Below, one piece after another: positions 36,747 to 46,385 of a stretch of 52,547 nt of DNA. The notes under the pieces are model-generated. The model ran no database searches. It was not told where the DNA came from and was given only the letters and a program-made list of their open reading frames with translations. The position numbers were made by a program, and so were the translations under genes. Location: IMG/VR virus record IMGVR_UViG_3300021405_000017, positions 1 through 52,547 of that record. One strand, given 5' to 3'. The DNA is from a virus. Taxonomy: Duplodnaviria > Caudoviricetes. How positions within the stretch are numbered: the stretch's first letter is position 1; each line of letters opens with the position of its first letter.

Positions 36747-37586
36747 TCATCGGCCCGCCTCCTGATGCAGGCGGTAGAGCCCGGAGAGCAGCGGCGCGAC
36801 GACCGCGTGCAAATAAGGGCTGTTGAGGGCGGCCCAAGCCAGGTCCGCCCGCGCGCCGCGGCGCGTATCCCGGCGCGCCGAGGGATGCGGCAGGGTGGCG
36901 GCGATGGTGTTGAGGCTCGGTATCCGGACGCCGGTTTCGCCCAGCACCTCAATGTCGGGGAACGCCGCCCGCAGCATCTCCGCTGCTGTGTTCCCCTGAA
37001 CGACCAGGATGGTCGGGCGCAGGATCTGCACGGTGGCGCGCAGATGCCGAACGCAATTGCGCTTCATCTCGCTCGTCGACCTGCCGTTTTTCCCGGTTTC
37101 GCCCGGCGTCGCCGAGCAACTAAGCGCGTTGATCAGAGCGAACGTGTCGTAAATGTGCCGGTATTCGCCGTTGACGAGAATCAGGTCGTCGCGCGAGTCC
37201 AGGCTCAGAGGCCGGCCGTACAGGAGACGCAAGGCGTTGGTCGTCCCTTGCATGTGCGGGTTGCGCGCGGCGAACGGGGTGACGCGGCCCTTGGCCGACG
37301 TGATCGGCGAGCGTTCGGCGATCGAGCGTGGCCCTGTCTGCGCGCGGCCGACCTCCTGGCCGCAGACGGCGATCCGCCAGGAGCGGCCATTACCGCTCAG
37401 GTCATAGGCGGCGCCGACATGCGGGAGCTGCGCCGCGTTGAAGCACAGGCCCTTCCGTGCGGCCGAGAGACGGCAGGAGGCGAGATGATCGCAGCCGACC
37501 ACTTCCGCCCGGAAGTAGGCGTCCAATTGCTCGATGATCCGCTTGGAGCCGGAGGCGCTCGCCTCGAAGGTGCGCATCGGCGTCAT
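36747..37586 (-). CDS. Uracil-DNA glycosylase-like family protein
   Basis: IAVCGQE, LINALSCS, ILRPTILVVQG and LPHPSAR motifs. Confidence 0.7.
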   Translation of the reverse strand: MTPMRTFEASASGSKRIIEQLDAYFRAEVVGCDHLASCRLSAARKGLCFNAAQLPHVGAAYDLSGNGRSWRIAVCGQEVGRAQTGPRSIAERSPITSAKGRVTPFAARNPHMQGTTNALRLLYGRPLSLDSRDDLILVNGEYRHIYDTFALINALSCSATPGETGKNGRSTSEMKRNCVRHLRATVQILRPTILVVQGNTAAEMLRAAFPDIEVLGETGVRIPSLNTIAATLPHPSARRDTRRGARADLAWAALNSPYLHAVVAPLLSGLYRLHQEAGR

Positions 37587-37885
37587 CGGCCCGCCTCCCG
37601 ATTGATGACCGGCAGCGCCGCCTTCATCGCGTCGATCCAGGCGTTGAGATCAGCCTGGGCCTGGGCGAGCTGCGTGCGCTTGTACGGCTTGCCAGTGATC
37701 CGGCTCGCCGCGGCCAGCATCACCGTCGGCGTGTAGGCGCGGTTCACCTTCATCTTGGTTTTCAGGTAGAAGCGGATCGCCTCGCGCAGCGTGGTCGCGG
37801 CGAACAGAGCGGTTGCGTCGGGTCCGACAAAGGTGATGGCGCCTTTGCCGACCTCGACGAAGCTGTCGTCAGCGGGGCTTTTCAT
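37583..37885 (-). CDS. Hypothetical protein
   Basis: Coupled ORF. Confidence 0.55.
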   Translation of the reverse strand: MKSPADDSFVEVGKGAITFVGPDATALFAATTLREAIRFYLKTKMKVNRAYTPTVMLAAASRITGKPYKRTQLAQAQADLNAWIDAMKAALPVINREAGR

Positions 37886-38409
37886 AGTCCCGCCTCCCGC
37901 TGCGCTGCGCGATAGTAGAAGCTGGCGGTCGCGTGCGGCCCGTTCATCTCCTTCATGAGGCGCTCGGCTTCGGCCTCGGCCGAAGCCTTGTCAGGGAACG
38001 ACTTGGCGCGGCCCTTGTCGTCTTTGAGCCACCCCGAGCGCGAGCCCGTGACGCCTCCGCACACGGTGCAGAACACGCCCCACGCGCCGGCTGCCTTCAA
38101 CGGCTCGAAGCCGAACGAGGCGACGACGAACGCCTTGCCGTCGACCACGGCCACGTCGCCGACCGACATCGACGTGTGGCCGAGCCCCTTGCGCTCGATC
38201 AGCGCCCGGGCCTCGCCGTTCGGCGACCAGACCTCGGCTTGGAAGTGCAGGAAGACGTCCTCGAGCGCGTGGTCGATCGGCTGGCCTTCCTGAGCCTCGA
38301 AAGTGGTCAGGAAGACATGGGTGGCGGCGAGGTTGGCGGGATCGGGCTTGGCGCCCATGATCCCGTCCCGGAACCATTCCGGCTTCATGTAGTGGATGGC
38401 GAGCGTCAC
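37882..38409 (-). CDS. YodL-like domain protein
   Basis: LEDVFLHFQ...HTSMSVGDVAVVDG. Confidence 0.55.
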   Translation of the reverse strand: MTLAIHYMKPEWFRDGIMGAKPDPANLAATHVFLTTFEAQEGQPIDHALEDVFLHFQAEVWSPNGEARALIERKGLGHTSMSVGDVAVVDGKAFVVASFGFEPLKAAGAWGVFCTVCGGVTGSRSGWLKDDKGRAKSFPDKASAEAEAERLMKEMNGPHATASFYYRAAQREAGL

Positions 38410-39164
38410 CGGCCCGCCCCCTGCGCAAGGGCCACGCCGGCGGCGGTGACGCGGGCGGAGAACTTGCCGCCCTTGTCGGCGCGGGTTTCGATCAGGCCCC
38501 GGCGCTGCAAGCCGGCGAGGAAGCCCGAGACTGCGCGACCAACGAGGCCGTGCGGGATTTCCTTCTGATCAACCCAGCCGTCAGCGGCGACCTTGAACGC
38601 GGCGAGGAGAACCTTCTCCGCGTCCGGCGAGATGCCGCCGGCAGCGACCTTCGGCGCCGCCTTGGGAGCCCGCAGACCGGCGACCTTGCGGCCACGCTTC
38701 GGCGCGTCGCGCTTGGCCTCGATTTCGGCCCGGCGTTCGACCGCATAATCCGCCATCACGCCGGCGCCGATCGTGACCTTGGGATCGGCGAGCAGCTCCT
38801 GACGGAGCACCTGCAGTTCCTCGGTGGCGCTGGCGTTGTCGGCGAGGACCGATTCGCGGATCGTCTCGGCGTTCGCGTCGGCGCGCAGCCGGGCGAGGCC
38901 CGGAGGGACGGCGGTCGGCTCGGGCACGCTGGTGAACGCCTCGGTCGAGTCGATCACGTCCTCGTCCTCGTTGACCGGCTCAAAGCCTGTCGTCGAAGAA
39001 CCGGAGGTCGGCGCCTGAGTGACGGCCGGGACGATGCGGAAGCCGCCGCTGAGGCTGACCACCGTGAATTCGCCGAGCGCGGCTTCGCCCTTCTTGACGG
39101 CCTTGCGCACGTCAGCCTGGGCGTTGGACTTTTGCGAGTAAGTCTTGGTGAGATTGAGAGCCAT
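38406..39164 (-). CDS. Hypothetical protein with C-terminal winged-helix-like segment
   Basis: GRAVSGFLAGLQRRGLIET...ARVTAAG. Confidence 0.55.
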   Translation of the reverse strand: MALNLTKTYSQKSNAQADVRKAVKKGEAALGEFTVVSLSGGFRIVPAVTQAPTSGSSTTGFEPVNEDEDVIDSTEAFTSVPEPTAVPPGLARLRADANAETIRESVLADNASATEELQVLRQELLADPKVTIGAGVMADYAVERRAEIEAKRDAPKRGRKVAGLRAPKAAPKVAAGGISPDAEKVLLAAFKVAADGWVDQKEIPHGLVGRAVSGFLAGLQRRGLIETRADKGGKFSARVTAAGVALAQGAGR

Positions 39165-39248
39165 GATCGTTCTTTCGGGTTCCTTTGGGTTATCGAGCGG
39201 AAGCCGCCCGCGACCGCCCAGCCGGTGGCTGGGCGCGCGCTGGGGTTT

Positions 39249-39461
39249 TCACGCGACGCGATAGAGATCGCCGTGCCGGGTGAGCTTGCCGGCCTGCACG
39301 AGGCCGGCCATGAGCTGCTCGTATTGGGCGAGCGTGCAGCCCTGCGCCATCAGCGCGGCGTAGATCACGCCGCCGGGTGCGCCGAGCGGGCCGGCGGCCT
39401 TGACGCTGTCGATGATCGCGTCGGCGATCATGCGGAGCAGCTTGATTTGCGCCTGGGTCAT
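39249..39461 (-). CDS. Hypothetical protein
   Basis: AGGAGG RBS; leader duplicated with that of the gene starting at 36192. Confidence 0.65.
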   Translation of the reverse strand: MTQAQIKLLRMIADAIIDSVKAAGPLGAPGGVIYAALMAQGCTLAQYEQLMAGLVQAGKLTRHGDLYRVA

Positions 39462-39509
39462 CGGGACCTCCTTGCGGCTGGGGCGGGATTGCCCCTGCTC
39501 GCCCTGCCA

Positions 39510-39540
39510 ATATGGGCATTATGCCCTAGGGCGTCAAGGC
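39510..39540 (-). promoter_or_regulatory. Repeated promoter/operator cassette, copy 2
   Basis: Identical to 36239-36269. Confidence 0.75.
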
Positions 39541-39618
39541 ACGGAAGGCATTATTTGCATAATTATTTCAGGTGCTTGACCTGTCAGTGCGTTACGGGTC
39601 GAAGCTCTCGAACTGAGC

Positions 39619-39641
39619 AAAAAAAAGGGCCTCGGAGGCCC
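39619..39641 (-). terminator. Intrinsic terminator
   Basis: GGGCCT-ccg-AGGCCC hairpin followed by U8 on the minus strand. Confidence 0.75.
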
Positions 39642-40174
39642 CCGTTTTGCTCATTCCGGCTTGACCTTCCGGAGCAGCTTGGTGAGGAGATCGCGCTCGC
39701 GGCGGCTGAGCGTGTGCGGCCGGCGTTGAAGCTGCTCGAGCTTGGCCCGCTCAGCCTCGGTGAGGCCCCGGCTCGCGCCGGGTACCTTGTCAGTGGGCCA
39801 GCGCGCGATCACTTGCTGGTTTTCTCGTAGCGGCCGACGATCCTAAAGCTGTGGCGGCCAGCAGTAGGGTTCGCATCGTTCAGTTCTCCTTTCGCGTTGC
39901 TGACCTCGTCAGCCACCGCCTTACGGTGGGACCGGGCGCGCCCGGTTTCGGTCTTCAAAACGTGTCCTCGACGCCCAGCGTCATGTCCCGGGCGATCAGG
40001 AGCGCCGCCAGCTTGGCGAGGTCCGTGATCCACCCGAGGTCTTCGACGGCGATCACTTCGCGGGCGATCAGCCAGCGCGCGACGAGCCACATGGCGTTCT
40101 CCTTTCCAAGGCATAATGCCTACTTCGCGGACGCAAAGAGGCCTTTGAGCCGGATTGCTCGCGTCCGCCCAGCA

Positions 40175-40203
40175 ATATGGGCATAATGCCCTAGGGCGGC
40201 AAG
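40175..40203 (-). promoter_or_regulatory. Repeated promoter/operator cassette, copy 3
   Basis: TTGCCG-N17-CATATT with GGGCATTATGCCC; additional GGCATAATGCC site near 40110. Confidence 0.7.
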
Positions 40204-41016
40204 CCCGCAAGGGCCGCATCACTCGATCTTTGCGGCCAAAGCTTTGACAGTTGGGGCCAGGCGTTAGACGTGCAGGTGTGGCGCCGCTGCGGCCGCGCAG
40301 CAGGCGTCGTGCGCCGCATCGGTCGGCCGCGGCGCAAACGACAGCATCCCGCGAACCACGCGGCAAGCCGCGTAGGCGGCCAAGGCGTCGTCGGGAGTGC
40401 GGAAGAGCGTCCGCGCCTCAACCCCGTGCTTTGTCACCTTAAGGGTGAGCTTGACGCTTTTCCCCAGCGCCATCCCCATGTCGGTGAACAGCTTGAGGAC
40501 GTAATCCCGTTCGGCGATCGCCTCGTCGCGCTCGGCGGCTATTTCGCCCAGGCGGGAAAGCAAGGCGCGGATCCCCTCGTCTTGTCCGACGACGGGGTCA
40601 TCGCTTTCGGCGTTGGCCGCATTCGCGCCGACGACATGACTAGAGCGAAGCATTTCGCGCAGCCTCCCCTGATTGTCCTTTGGGCTCATATGAACGCCCG
40701 AAAAAGCTGTGACGTGGGCGTGACAACTCAGCTTGGTGTACGAGTTTTCCCGCGTCAAGATGCCCGCAAACCCCTCTAAACTGAGACTAAATCCGGTTTC
40801 GCTAGAGTTCCTCGGTGTCAACATGCCGATATGGGGAGGGCCGAAATCTGGGGATATCGATCACATCGGCGTTGACTTAGGGGCGGGCCGCCGCGGGCGA
40901 ATCGAGTCAAACACCCGAACCTCCCCAATTATGCGGAGGATGCGGTCGACATACCCGGCATACTCGGCATACTCGTGACATTTACTGCCTGTTTGACCGC
41001 GGTCACAATTGCCGCC

Positions 41017-41193
41017 ATGCCCGCCAAACCCGATGAGCCTCAGCGCATCATTGTGCCCATGCGCCGAGACCTCCTCGAGCGGATCGACGACTTCCGCTAC
41101 GACCACCGCGTCCCGAGCCGCGCCGAGGCGATCAGACAGCTGATCGACGCGGGCCTACGGGCAAAACGGTCCAAGCCGCACAAGCCGCCTTAG
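41017..41193 (+). CDS. Ribbon-helix-helix DNA-binding protein
   Basis: RIIVPM..DLLERIDDFR...PSRAEAIRQLIDAGL. Confidence 0.8.
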   Translation: MPAKPDEPQRIIVPMRRDLLERIDDFRYDHRVPSRAEAIRQLIDAGLRAKRSKPHKPP

Positions 41194-41420
41194 CTAGACG
41201 GCTCGGCCCCGGCGGCCCGCCTCGGCCAAGCGCGCCTTGAGGGCCTGATCGGCCTCGGCCCGCGTCCTGTGCGCCGAGATCACGCCGAGGCCCTCGACCA
41301 CCGCCCAGATCTTGCCGAACGGCTTTACCTGCATCGGGTCGTGCGCATGCGGGTTCGGCCCCGGCGGCATCGTTTCCTTTCGAGCCGGCATGTTTGTGAC
41401 CCCGATATGATGCGCCGTAG

Positions 41421-41873
41421 CTATCGCGCGCCGGCAAGCCGCCCGGGTGGCAGCTCCACCGTCATCTGCCGGCCGAGCAGATTGATCAGGACGAGCTCAC
41501 GCTCGCGCGCGCTCATCCCGTTATAAACGCCGGCGAGAGCGCCGACCTGAACCCGATCGCCCTGACGTAAGACCGGCGGCGGCGGCGGCTCCGGCAGCCG
41601 CACCAGGCCGAGCGAATCCATCTGGCTCCGCCACAACGCGATCTCCCGGTCAGGACATTTCGCCGGCGCCTCGCCGAACTTGATCAGCCCGAGCACGCCC
41701 AGCGTCCGATCGACGATCCGCCAGCGGTCATGAATGTGGACGAACAGATAGCCGGGAAACAGCGGCCCGCCGCTGGTTTTGGGAACGAAGATCTCGAAGC
41801 CGGCCGTCTCCAGGCGCTCGCCGGCGAAGCTCTCTCGCCTGGTCAAGGTGCGCGCCACGGCCCAATAGGACAT
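41421..41873 (-). CDS. NusG-family transcription antiterminator
   Basis: YWAVART...E..A...L...GFEIFVP...PLFPGYLFV...GV.G; C-terminal KOW-like GDRVQV...LLGR. Confidence 0.85.
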   Translation of the reverse strand: MSYWAVARTLTRRESFAGERLETAGFEIFVPKTSGGPLFPGYLFVHIHDRWRIVDRTLGVLGLIKFGEAPAKCPDREIALWRSQMDSLGLVRLPEPPPPPVLRQGDRVQVGALAGVYNGMSARERELVLINLLGRQMTVELPPGRLAGAR

Positions 41874-42529
41874 GGGCGCAGGAAACAAGCGATGAAACCC
41901 TCAAATGTCAATGGCTTAGGGCGGCGCGCCCTCGGGCGTGAACGCGGCTTTAGCGCCCGCGCTCCCTTTGTTCGAGCGCCTCGAGCCGATTGATCATTAT
42001 GGCGACTTGCTTGCTCAGGCGCTCGTTGTCCCGGAGGACCGTCCACAAGCCTGCTTTGACGAGGCGCCCCACCATCCACACCGCGTAAATCAAGACGCCG
42101 TTCATCGCCACCAGCGCTACGGTCTGCACTACGTCGAGAAAACTGTTCGGCGTCCAGTTCATTTCCCCTCCCAGGAGCGCTGCGGCCAATAGCGCAGCGC
42201 GGCCTCAACGTGCTCACGTTGGCGCCGGTTCCACCCGATCATCTCCGAGGCTGAGGTCTTGACGCTAGGACGTCCCGCCCTATGGCGTCAACGGTCAGAA
42301 ATGAGGAGAGCGACTCGCCACGGGAGACGAGCCGCCTTCACCCTCTTGGAACGCTGGACACGTCTTGAGGACGCTATCGCCAGCCTACCGGCGGAACATC
42401 GGTCAAAGTTGGGCCTTGAGCAACTCCAAAAACACTAGAATTTGACGACTCTGCCGGGGCAGCGCTACACATCGCGCCCGGAAGTTGGCGGAGGAAGCAT
42501 CTTTTCCCCGATGCGCGGAGCGTTTCCCG

Positions 42530-42964
42530 ATGGCGGCGCCCCTCTCTGATCCCGCGCAAACCCACCATTGGAGGTTGTGGTACGGCCTTCAACGCTGGAA
42601 GAAGCGCGCTCACCATCAGCTCAGAACCGAGCCGCTGTGCGCTCAGTGCCTCGCTCAAGGTCGCGTCACCGCAGCCACCATCGCGGATCATAACCCGCCT
42701 CACCAAGGCGTCTGGAATGATTTCCGCCTCGGCCCCCTGCAATCGCTGTGCGCCGATTGCCACAAGCGCAAATGGGCCGATGACCGCCACGGCTATCATT
42801 GCGACATCGGCGACGACGGCTTCCCGCTCGATCCGCGTCACCCTTTCAACAGTAAGCGGACCTCTGACGGCGGACCGGCAGCAGGCGAGCTTAGGGAGAG
42901 GCAACCCGGTCCGCCTTCGGCGAGCCTCTCCCACCCGCTCAACCGCGTAAGGGAGCAGACATGA
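42530..42964 (+). CDS. Terminase-associated HNH endonuclease
   Basis: EPLCAQC...ATIADH.PPH.G...LQSLCADCH. Confidence 0.85.
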   Translation: MAAPLSDPAQTHHWRLWYGLQRWKKRAHHQLRTEPLCAQCLAQGRVTAATIADHNPPHQGVWNDFRLGPLQSLCADCHKRKWADDRHGYHCDIGDDGFPLDPRHPFNSKRTSDGGPAAGELRERQPGPPSASLSHPLNRVREQT

Positions 42965-43191
42965 AACCCATCGCCCTCGCGATCGCCCTCGGCCTCATCG
43001 TCGGCGCTAGCACTGAGGCCAACGCTGTTGTCTGTGCTCGCGGCGTCTATCACGCGGGCTGCGCCGGTCCTCGAGGCGCGGTCGGCGTCCACGGCGCTGC
43101 GGTGCGCCCCTATGGCGCGGTCGCTCGGCCCGTCGCTCGGCCCTACGGCGCCGCCTGCGTCTGGCGCGCCGGCGTCCGCATCTGCCGATGA
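42961..43191 (+). CDS. Small secreted Cys-containing protein
   Basis: Signal peptide; VCARGVYHAGCAGPRG. Confidence 0.65.
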   Translation: MKPIALAIALGLIVGASTEANAVVCARGVYHAGCAGPRGAVGVHGAAVRPYGAVARPVARPYGAACVWRAGVRICR

Positions 43192-43451
43192 CAGCCGATC
43201 CCCATTCTCCGCCGGCCCCTAGCCTAGCCGGCGTTCGCAAGGCCGAAATCGACGTCGGTCCTGAGTTCTTCCGGGCGACTCTCCAGACTGTGACGCCGCC
43301 CAACACGCTGACGATGGCGGCCTCGACCGGCGCCGCGAAGATCGTCATCCATCTCGACACTGGCGAGGTTGACCTTCTCGGGCTTGAGCCAAGCGAGGGC
43401 GCCCGGCTCTTTTGGAAGATCGTCGAGGAGCAATTCGGGAAACGAGGATGA
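43188..43451 (+). CDS. Hypothetical protein
   Basis: ATGA-coupled on both sides. Confidence 0.55.
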   Translation: MTADPHSPPAPSLAGVRKAEIDVGPEFFRATLQTVTPPNTLTMAASTGAAKIVIHLDTGEVDLLGLEPSEGARLFWKIVEEQFGKRG

Positions 43452-43948
43452 GAAAAGGCCCGGCGCCGCTTCCGACCCATCTCAAGCTGTTGCGCGGCAA
43501 CCCGGGGCAGCGGGCGCTCAGCAAGGGCGAGCCGATGCCGATGCAGCCGCCCGACCCGCCCGACCCGCCGGGCGATCTGACCGGCTACGCCAGGGAGGAA
43601 TGGAACCGGATCATCGTCGAGGTCTTTCGGCTTCGGCTGGTGACCAGCATCGATATCCAGGTCCTGGCCGCCTATTGCGACGCCTACGCCCGCTGGCGCA
43701 ACGCGCGTGAGACCTTAGCCGCGATGGCCGAGCGCGATCCCATAACCCGCGGCCAGATCGTCAAGACCCAATCCGGTGGGGCCGCGCCTAATCCGTTGGT
43801 GTTCATGGCCGCCGCCGCAGCCCGAGACATGGTCCGCTTTGCCGCTGAGTTTGGATTATCCCCCGCCGCCCGTACCCGCATTAACGCGATTGACGCCATC
43901 GGCGGCACGCCGAGCAAGTTCGCGGGGCTCCTCGCCGGAGTTGATTAG
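43448..43948 (+). CDS. terS: Terminase small subunit, P27 family
   Basis: P.PTHLKLLRGNPG.R, LAAYC..Y, NP.V, EFGLSPAAR. Confidence 0.9.
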   Translation: MRKGPAPLPTHLKLLRGNPGQRALSKGEPMPMQPPDPPDPPGDLTGYAREEWNRIIVEVFRLRLVTSIDIQVLAAYCDAYARWRNARETLAAMAERDPITRGQIVKTQSGGAAPNPLVFMAAAAARDMVRFAAEFGLSPAARTRINAIDAIGGTPSKFAGLLAGVD

Positions 43949-45512
43949 ACGCAGCGCGCGCGGGAAGCTTCGCGCGGACGAAGTCATCCGGTTCATCGAG
44001 GCTTTAACCGTTCCCAAGGGGCACGGGCAGGGCCACCCGTTCGTGCTGATGCCGTGGGAGAAGCGGTTCATCCGCGACGTCTATGAGCCGCATTGGAACA
44101 AGAACGACAAGCGGGTGGTGCGCCGGGCCATCCTGTCGATCGCCCGCAAGAACGGCAAGAGCGCACTGACCGCGGCCTTGTGCCTCACCCACCTGATTGG
44201 GCCGGAAGCGATCCCCAACGGCGAGGTGTATAGCGCCGCCAATGATCTCGACCAGGCGGCGATCATCTTCCGGTTCGCCCAACAGATGGTGGAGCTCGAG
44301 CCGGACCTGGCGCAGAAGATCGACCTGGTTCCGTCGACCAAGACGATGGTCGCCCGGCCGACCGGCTCAGTGTTCCGCGCCGTCTCGCGCGAGTCTTCGA
44401 CCAAGCACGGCTATTCGCCGTCGATGGTAGTCTATGACGAGCTGGCGCAGGCCAAGAGCCGCGCCCTCTATGACGTGTTCGACACCGCCTTCGGCGCTCG
44501 CGAGGAGCCGCTGTTCGTCGCCATCTCGACGCAGAGCAACGATCCCGAGCACGTCTTGTCGAAGCTGATCGACGACGGGATCGCCGGCGCCGATCCCTCG
44601 ATCATCTGCCATTTGTACGCCGCCGATGAGGGCTGCGACCTGGCTGACGAAAGCCAATGGCGAGCGGCCAATCCGGCGCTCGGCGTGTTCCGCGACCGCG
44701 AAGACCTGGCGACGGCGATCCGCAAGGCGCAGCGGATGCCGGCGGAAGAGCCGAAGGTTCGCAATTTGTTCCTCAATCAGCGGGTGTCGCCGTTGGCCCC
44801 CTTGATCTCCCGCGCCGAGTGGTTGGATTGCGTCGGCCCGGCCGAGCTGACCCCCGGCGAGGAGGTCTATCTCGGCCTTGACCTCGCGAGCGTGGTCGAC
44901 CTGGCGGCGCTGGTCATGGTCTCGGCCATCGATCCGGCCCGGGTCGCGCCGCTATTCTGGAAACCCCGCGAGCTGCTCGCCGATCAATCCCGGCGCGATT
45001 TCGGCGCCGGGAATAATCGTTACCAAGAGTGGGCCGACGCCGGCCTCCTGCGCTTAAGCCCGGGGCGCTCGATTGATCCGGCGGTGATCGCGATGGCGAT
45101 CGGCGAGCTGGATCAGCGCTACCGCATCCGCGGCCTCGCCTATGACCGCTGGCGCATCAACGACCTCTTGCGAGCGTTCGATAATATCGGGCTGCGCGCG
45201 TTCAAAGACGGGGATAAGGGCGACGGCCTGCGCCTGGTGCCTTGGGGCCAGGGGTTTAAGGACATGGGCCCGGCGATCGACGCCCTCGAGGTGGCGATCT
45301 TCGAGCATCGGCTCATTCACCCGAGCCATCCGATCCTGAATTGGAACATGGCGAACGCCATCGCGACCATGGACCCGAGCGGCAATCGGAAATTAGACAA
45401 GAACGCAGCCCGATTTAGAATTGACGGCAGCGTCGCGCTCGCGATGGCGATGGGGCTTCGCTCGCGCGACCGCACCAAGCCGCCGATCGATGTTTTCGCG
45501 CTGATCGGATGA
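43941..45512 (+). CDS. terL: Terminase large subunit
   Basis: Walker A SIARKNGKS, VVYDEL, ISTQ, YLGLDLA, AYDRW, RIDGSVA. Start codon uncertain. Confidence 0.95.
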   Translation: MIRRSARGKLRADEVIRFIEALTVPKGHGQGHPFVLMPWEKRFIRDVYEPHWNKNDKRVVRRAILSIARKNGKSALTAALCLTHLIGPEAIPNGEVYSAANDLDQAAIIFRFAQQMVELEPDLAQKIDLVPSTKTMVARPTGSVFRAVSRESSTKHGYSPSMVVYDELAQAKSRALYDVFDTAFGAREEPLFVAISTQSNDPEHVLSKLIDDGIAGADPSIICHLYAADEGCDLADESQWRAANPALGVFRDREDLATAIRKAQRMPAEEPKVRNLFLNQRVSPLAPLISRAEWLDCVGPAELTPGEEVYLGLDLASVVDLAALVMVSAIDPARVAPLFWKPRELLADQSRRDFGAGNNRYQEWADAGLLRLSPGRSIDPAVIAMAIGELDQRYRIRGLAYDRWRINDLLRAFDNIGLRAFKDGDKGDGLRLVPWGQGFKDMGPAIDALEVAIFEHRLIHPSHPILNWNMANAIATMDPSGNRKLDKNAARFRIDGSVALAMAMGLRSRDRTKPPIDVFALIG

Positions 45513-45630
45513 AAGATGACGACGGCGAGGACTTCCCGCCCACGCAACACCCGGTTCGAGAATTCATAACAGCCAGCCTTTTCGTTCTCGGCATCGTCGC
45601 CTTCGTTTGTTGGCTGCTTTGGAGGTGGAT

Positions 45631-45861
45631 ATGAGCCTCGCTGGAATCCTTTTAGGCCTCATCAATGTCGCGATCGTCGTCGCGATCTTGATGCTGATCG
45701 GCGCGATCGTCGTTTGGTTCCTTCAGTGGATCTTCAGCGTCGCCGTGCCGGCCAACGTGCAGAAGCTCTACATCGGCATCGTCGCGCTGATCGCCCTCTA
45801 CATGATCGTGGCGCTCTTGCTCGGCTTGCCGGTCGTCCACCTGATCGGCCGATACGACTAA
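45631..45861 (+). CDS. Small membrane protein (2 TM)
   Basis: GGAGG RBS; hydrophobic. Confidence 0.7.
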   Translation: MSLAGILLGLINVAIVVAILMLIGAIVVWFLQWIFSVAVPANVQKLYIGIVALIALYMIVALLLGLPVVHLIGRYD

Positions 45862-45866
45862 AGGTC

Positions 45867-45983
45867 GGCGGCGGCCCGCGCTAAACGGACCGCCGCCCCT
45901 TGCCTTGCCCAGCCCTGCCGCGCCTGGCCCCACCGGACCGGGCCGAGCCGTGCCTTACCACGCAACGCCAAGCTTGCTTGGCG
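45867..45983 (-). ncRNA. Solo GGY-NN unit (array 5) with its own promoter and 3' hairpin
   Basis: 14 pentamers at 45902-45971. Upstream TTGAGC-N18-TAGGTT (46020-45991); downstream hairpin 45867-45897. Confidence 0.75.
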
Positions 45984-46034
45984 CGCCCTTAACCTAGTTC
46001 GATCAGCCATCTTAGCTCAAGCCAAGAGTCCCGA

Positions 46035-46385
46035 ATGCTACCGGCGACGTACAATCTCGATCTGTATAGAGGCGACACGCTAAGGTTACAGGTAAAGTTG
46101 TGGAACAACGAGGAGCGTGATGATCCGGCCGATTTGGATGGCGTGATCGCAGCGAGCCAGTTTCGTGTACGGCCCGACGCTGAGCCGATGGTCGAGATGG
46201 CGTGCGCGATAACTTTGCCGAACGTCGTCGATCTAACCCTCAGTTCAGACGCGAGCCGGATGTTACCAAAAAAGGGCGTGTGGGATCTGGAATTGCGTTT
46301 CCCAGGCGGGGACGTATTTACACCGCTAGCCGGGAAAATGACGCTGAAACCTGACGTAACGCTACCGCCAGGCGCCGCGCCCTGA
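46035..46385 (+). CDS. BppU-like structural adaptor domain protein
   Basis: [10 protein letters not shown]...DL.G..AASQ.R...GVWDLEL...T.LAG...PDVT. Confidence 0.7.
   Translation: MLPATYNLDLYRGDTLRLQVKLWNNEERDDPADLDGVIAASQFRVRPDAEPMVEMACAITLPNVVDLTLSSDASRMLPKKGVWDLELRFPGGDVFTPLAGKMTLKPDVTLPPGAAP

Noticed and set aside
42200-42530. cos/pac site near HNH-terS
   Set aside because: Expected for HNH/P27 phages, but no specific sequence could be supported.
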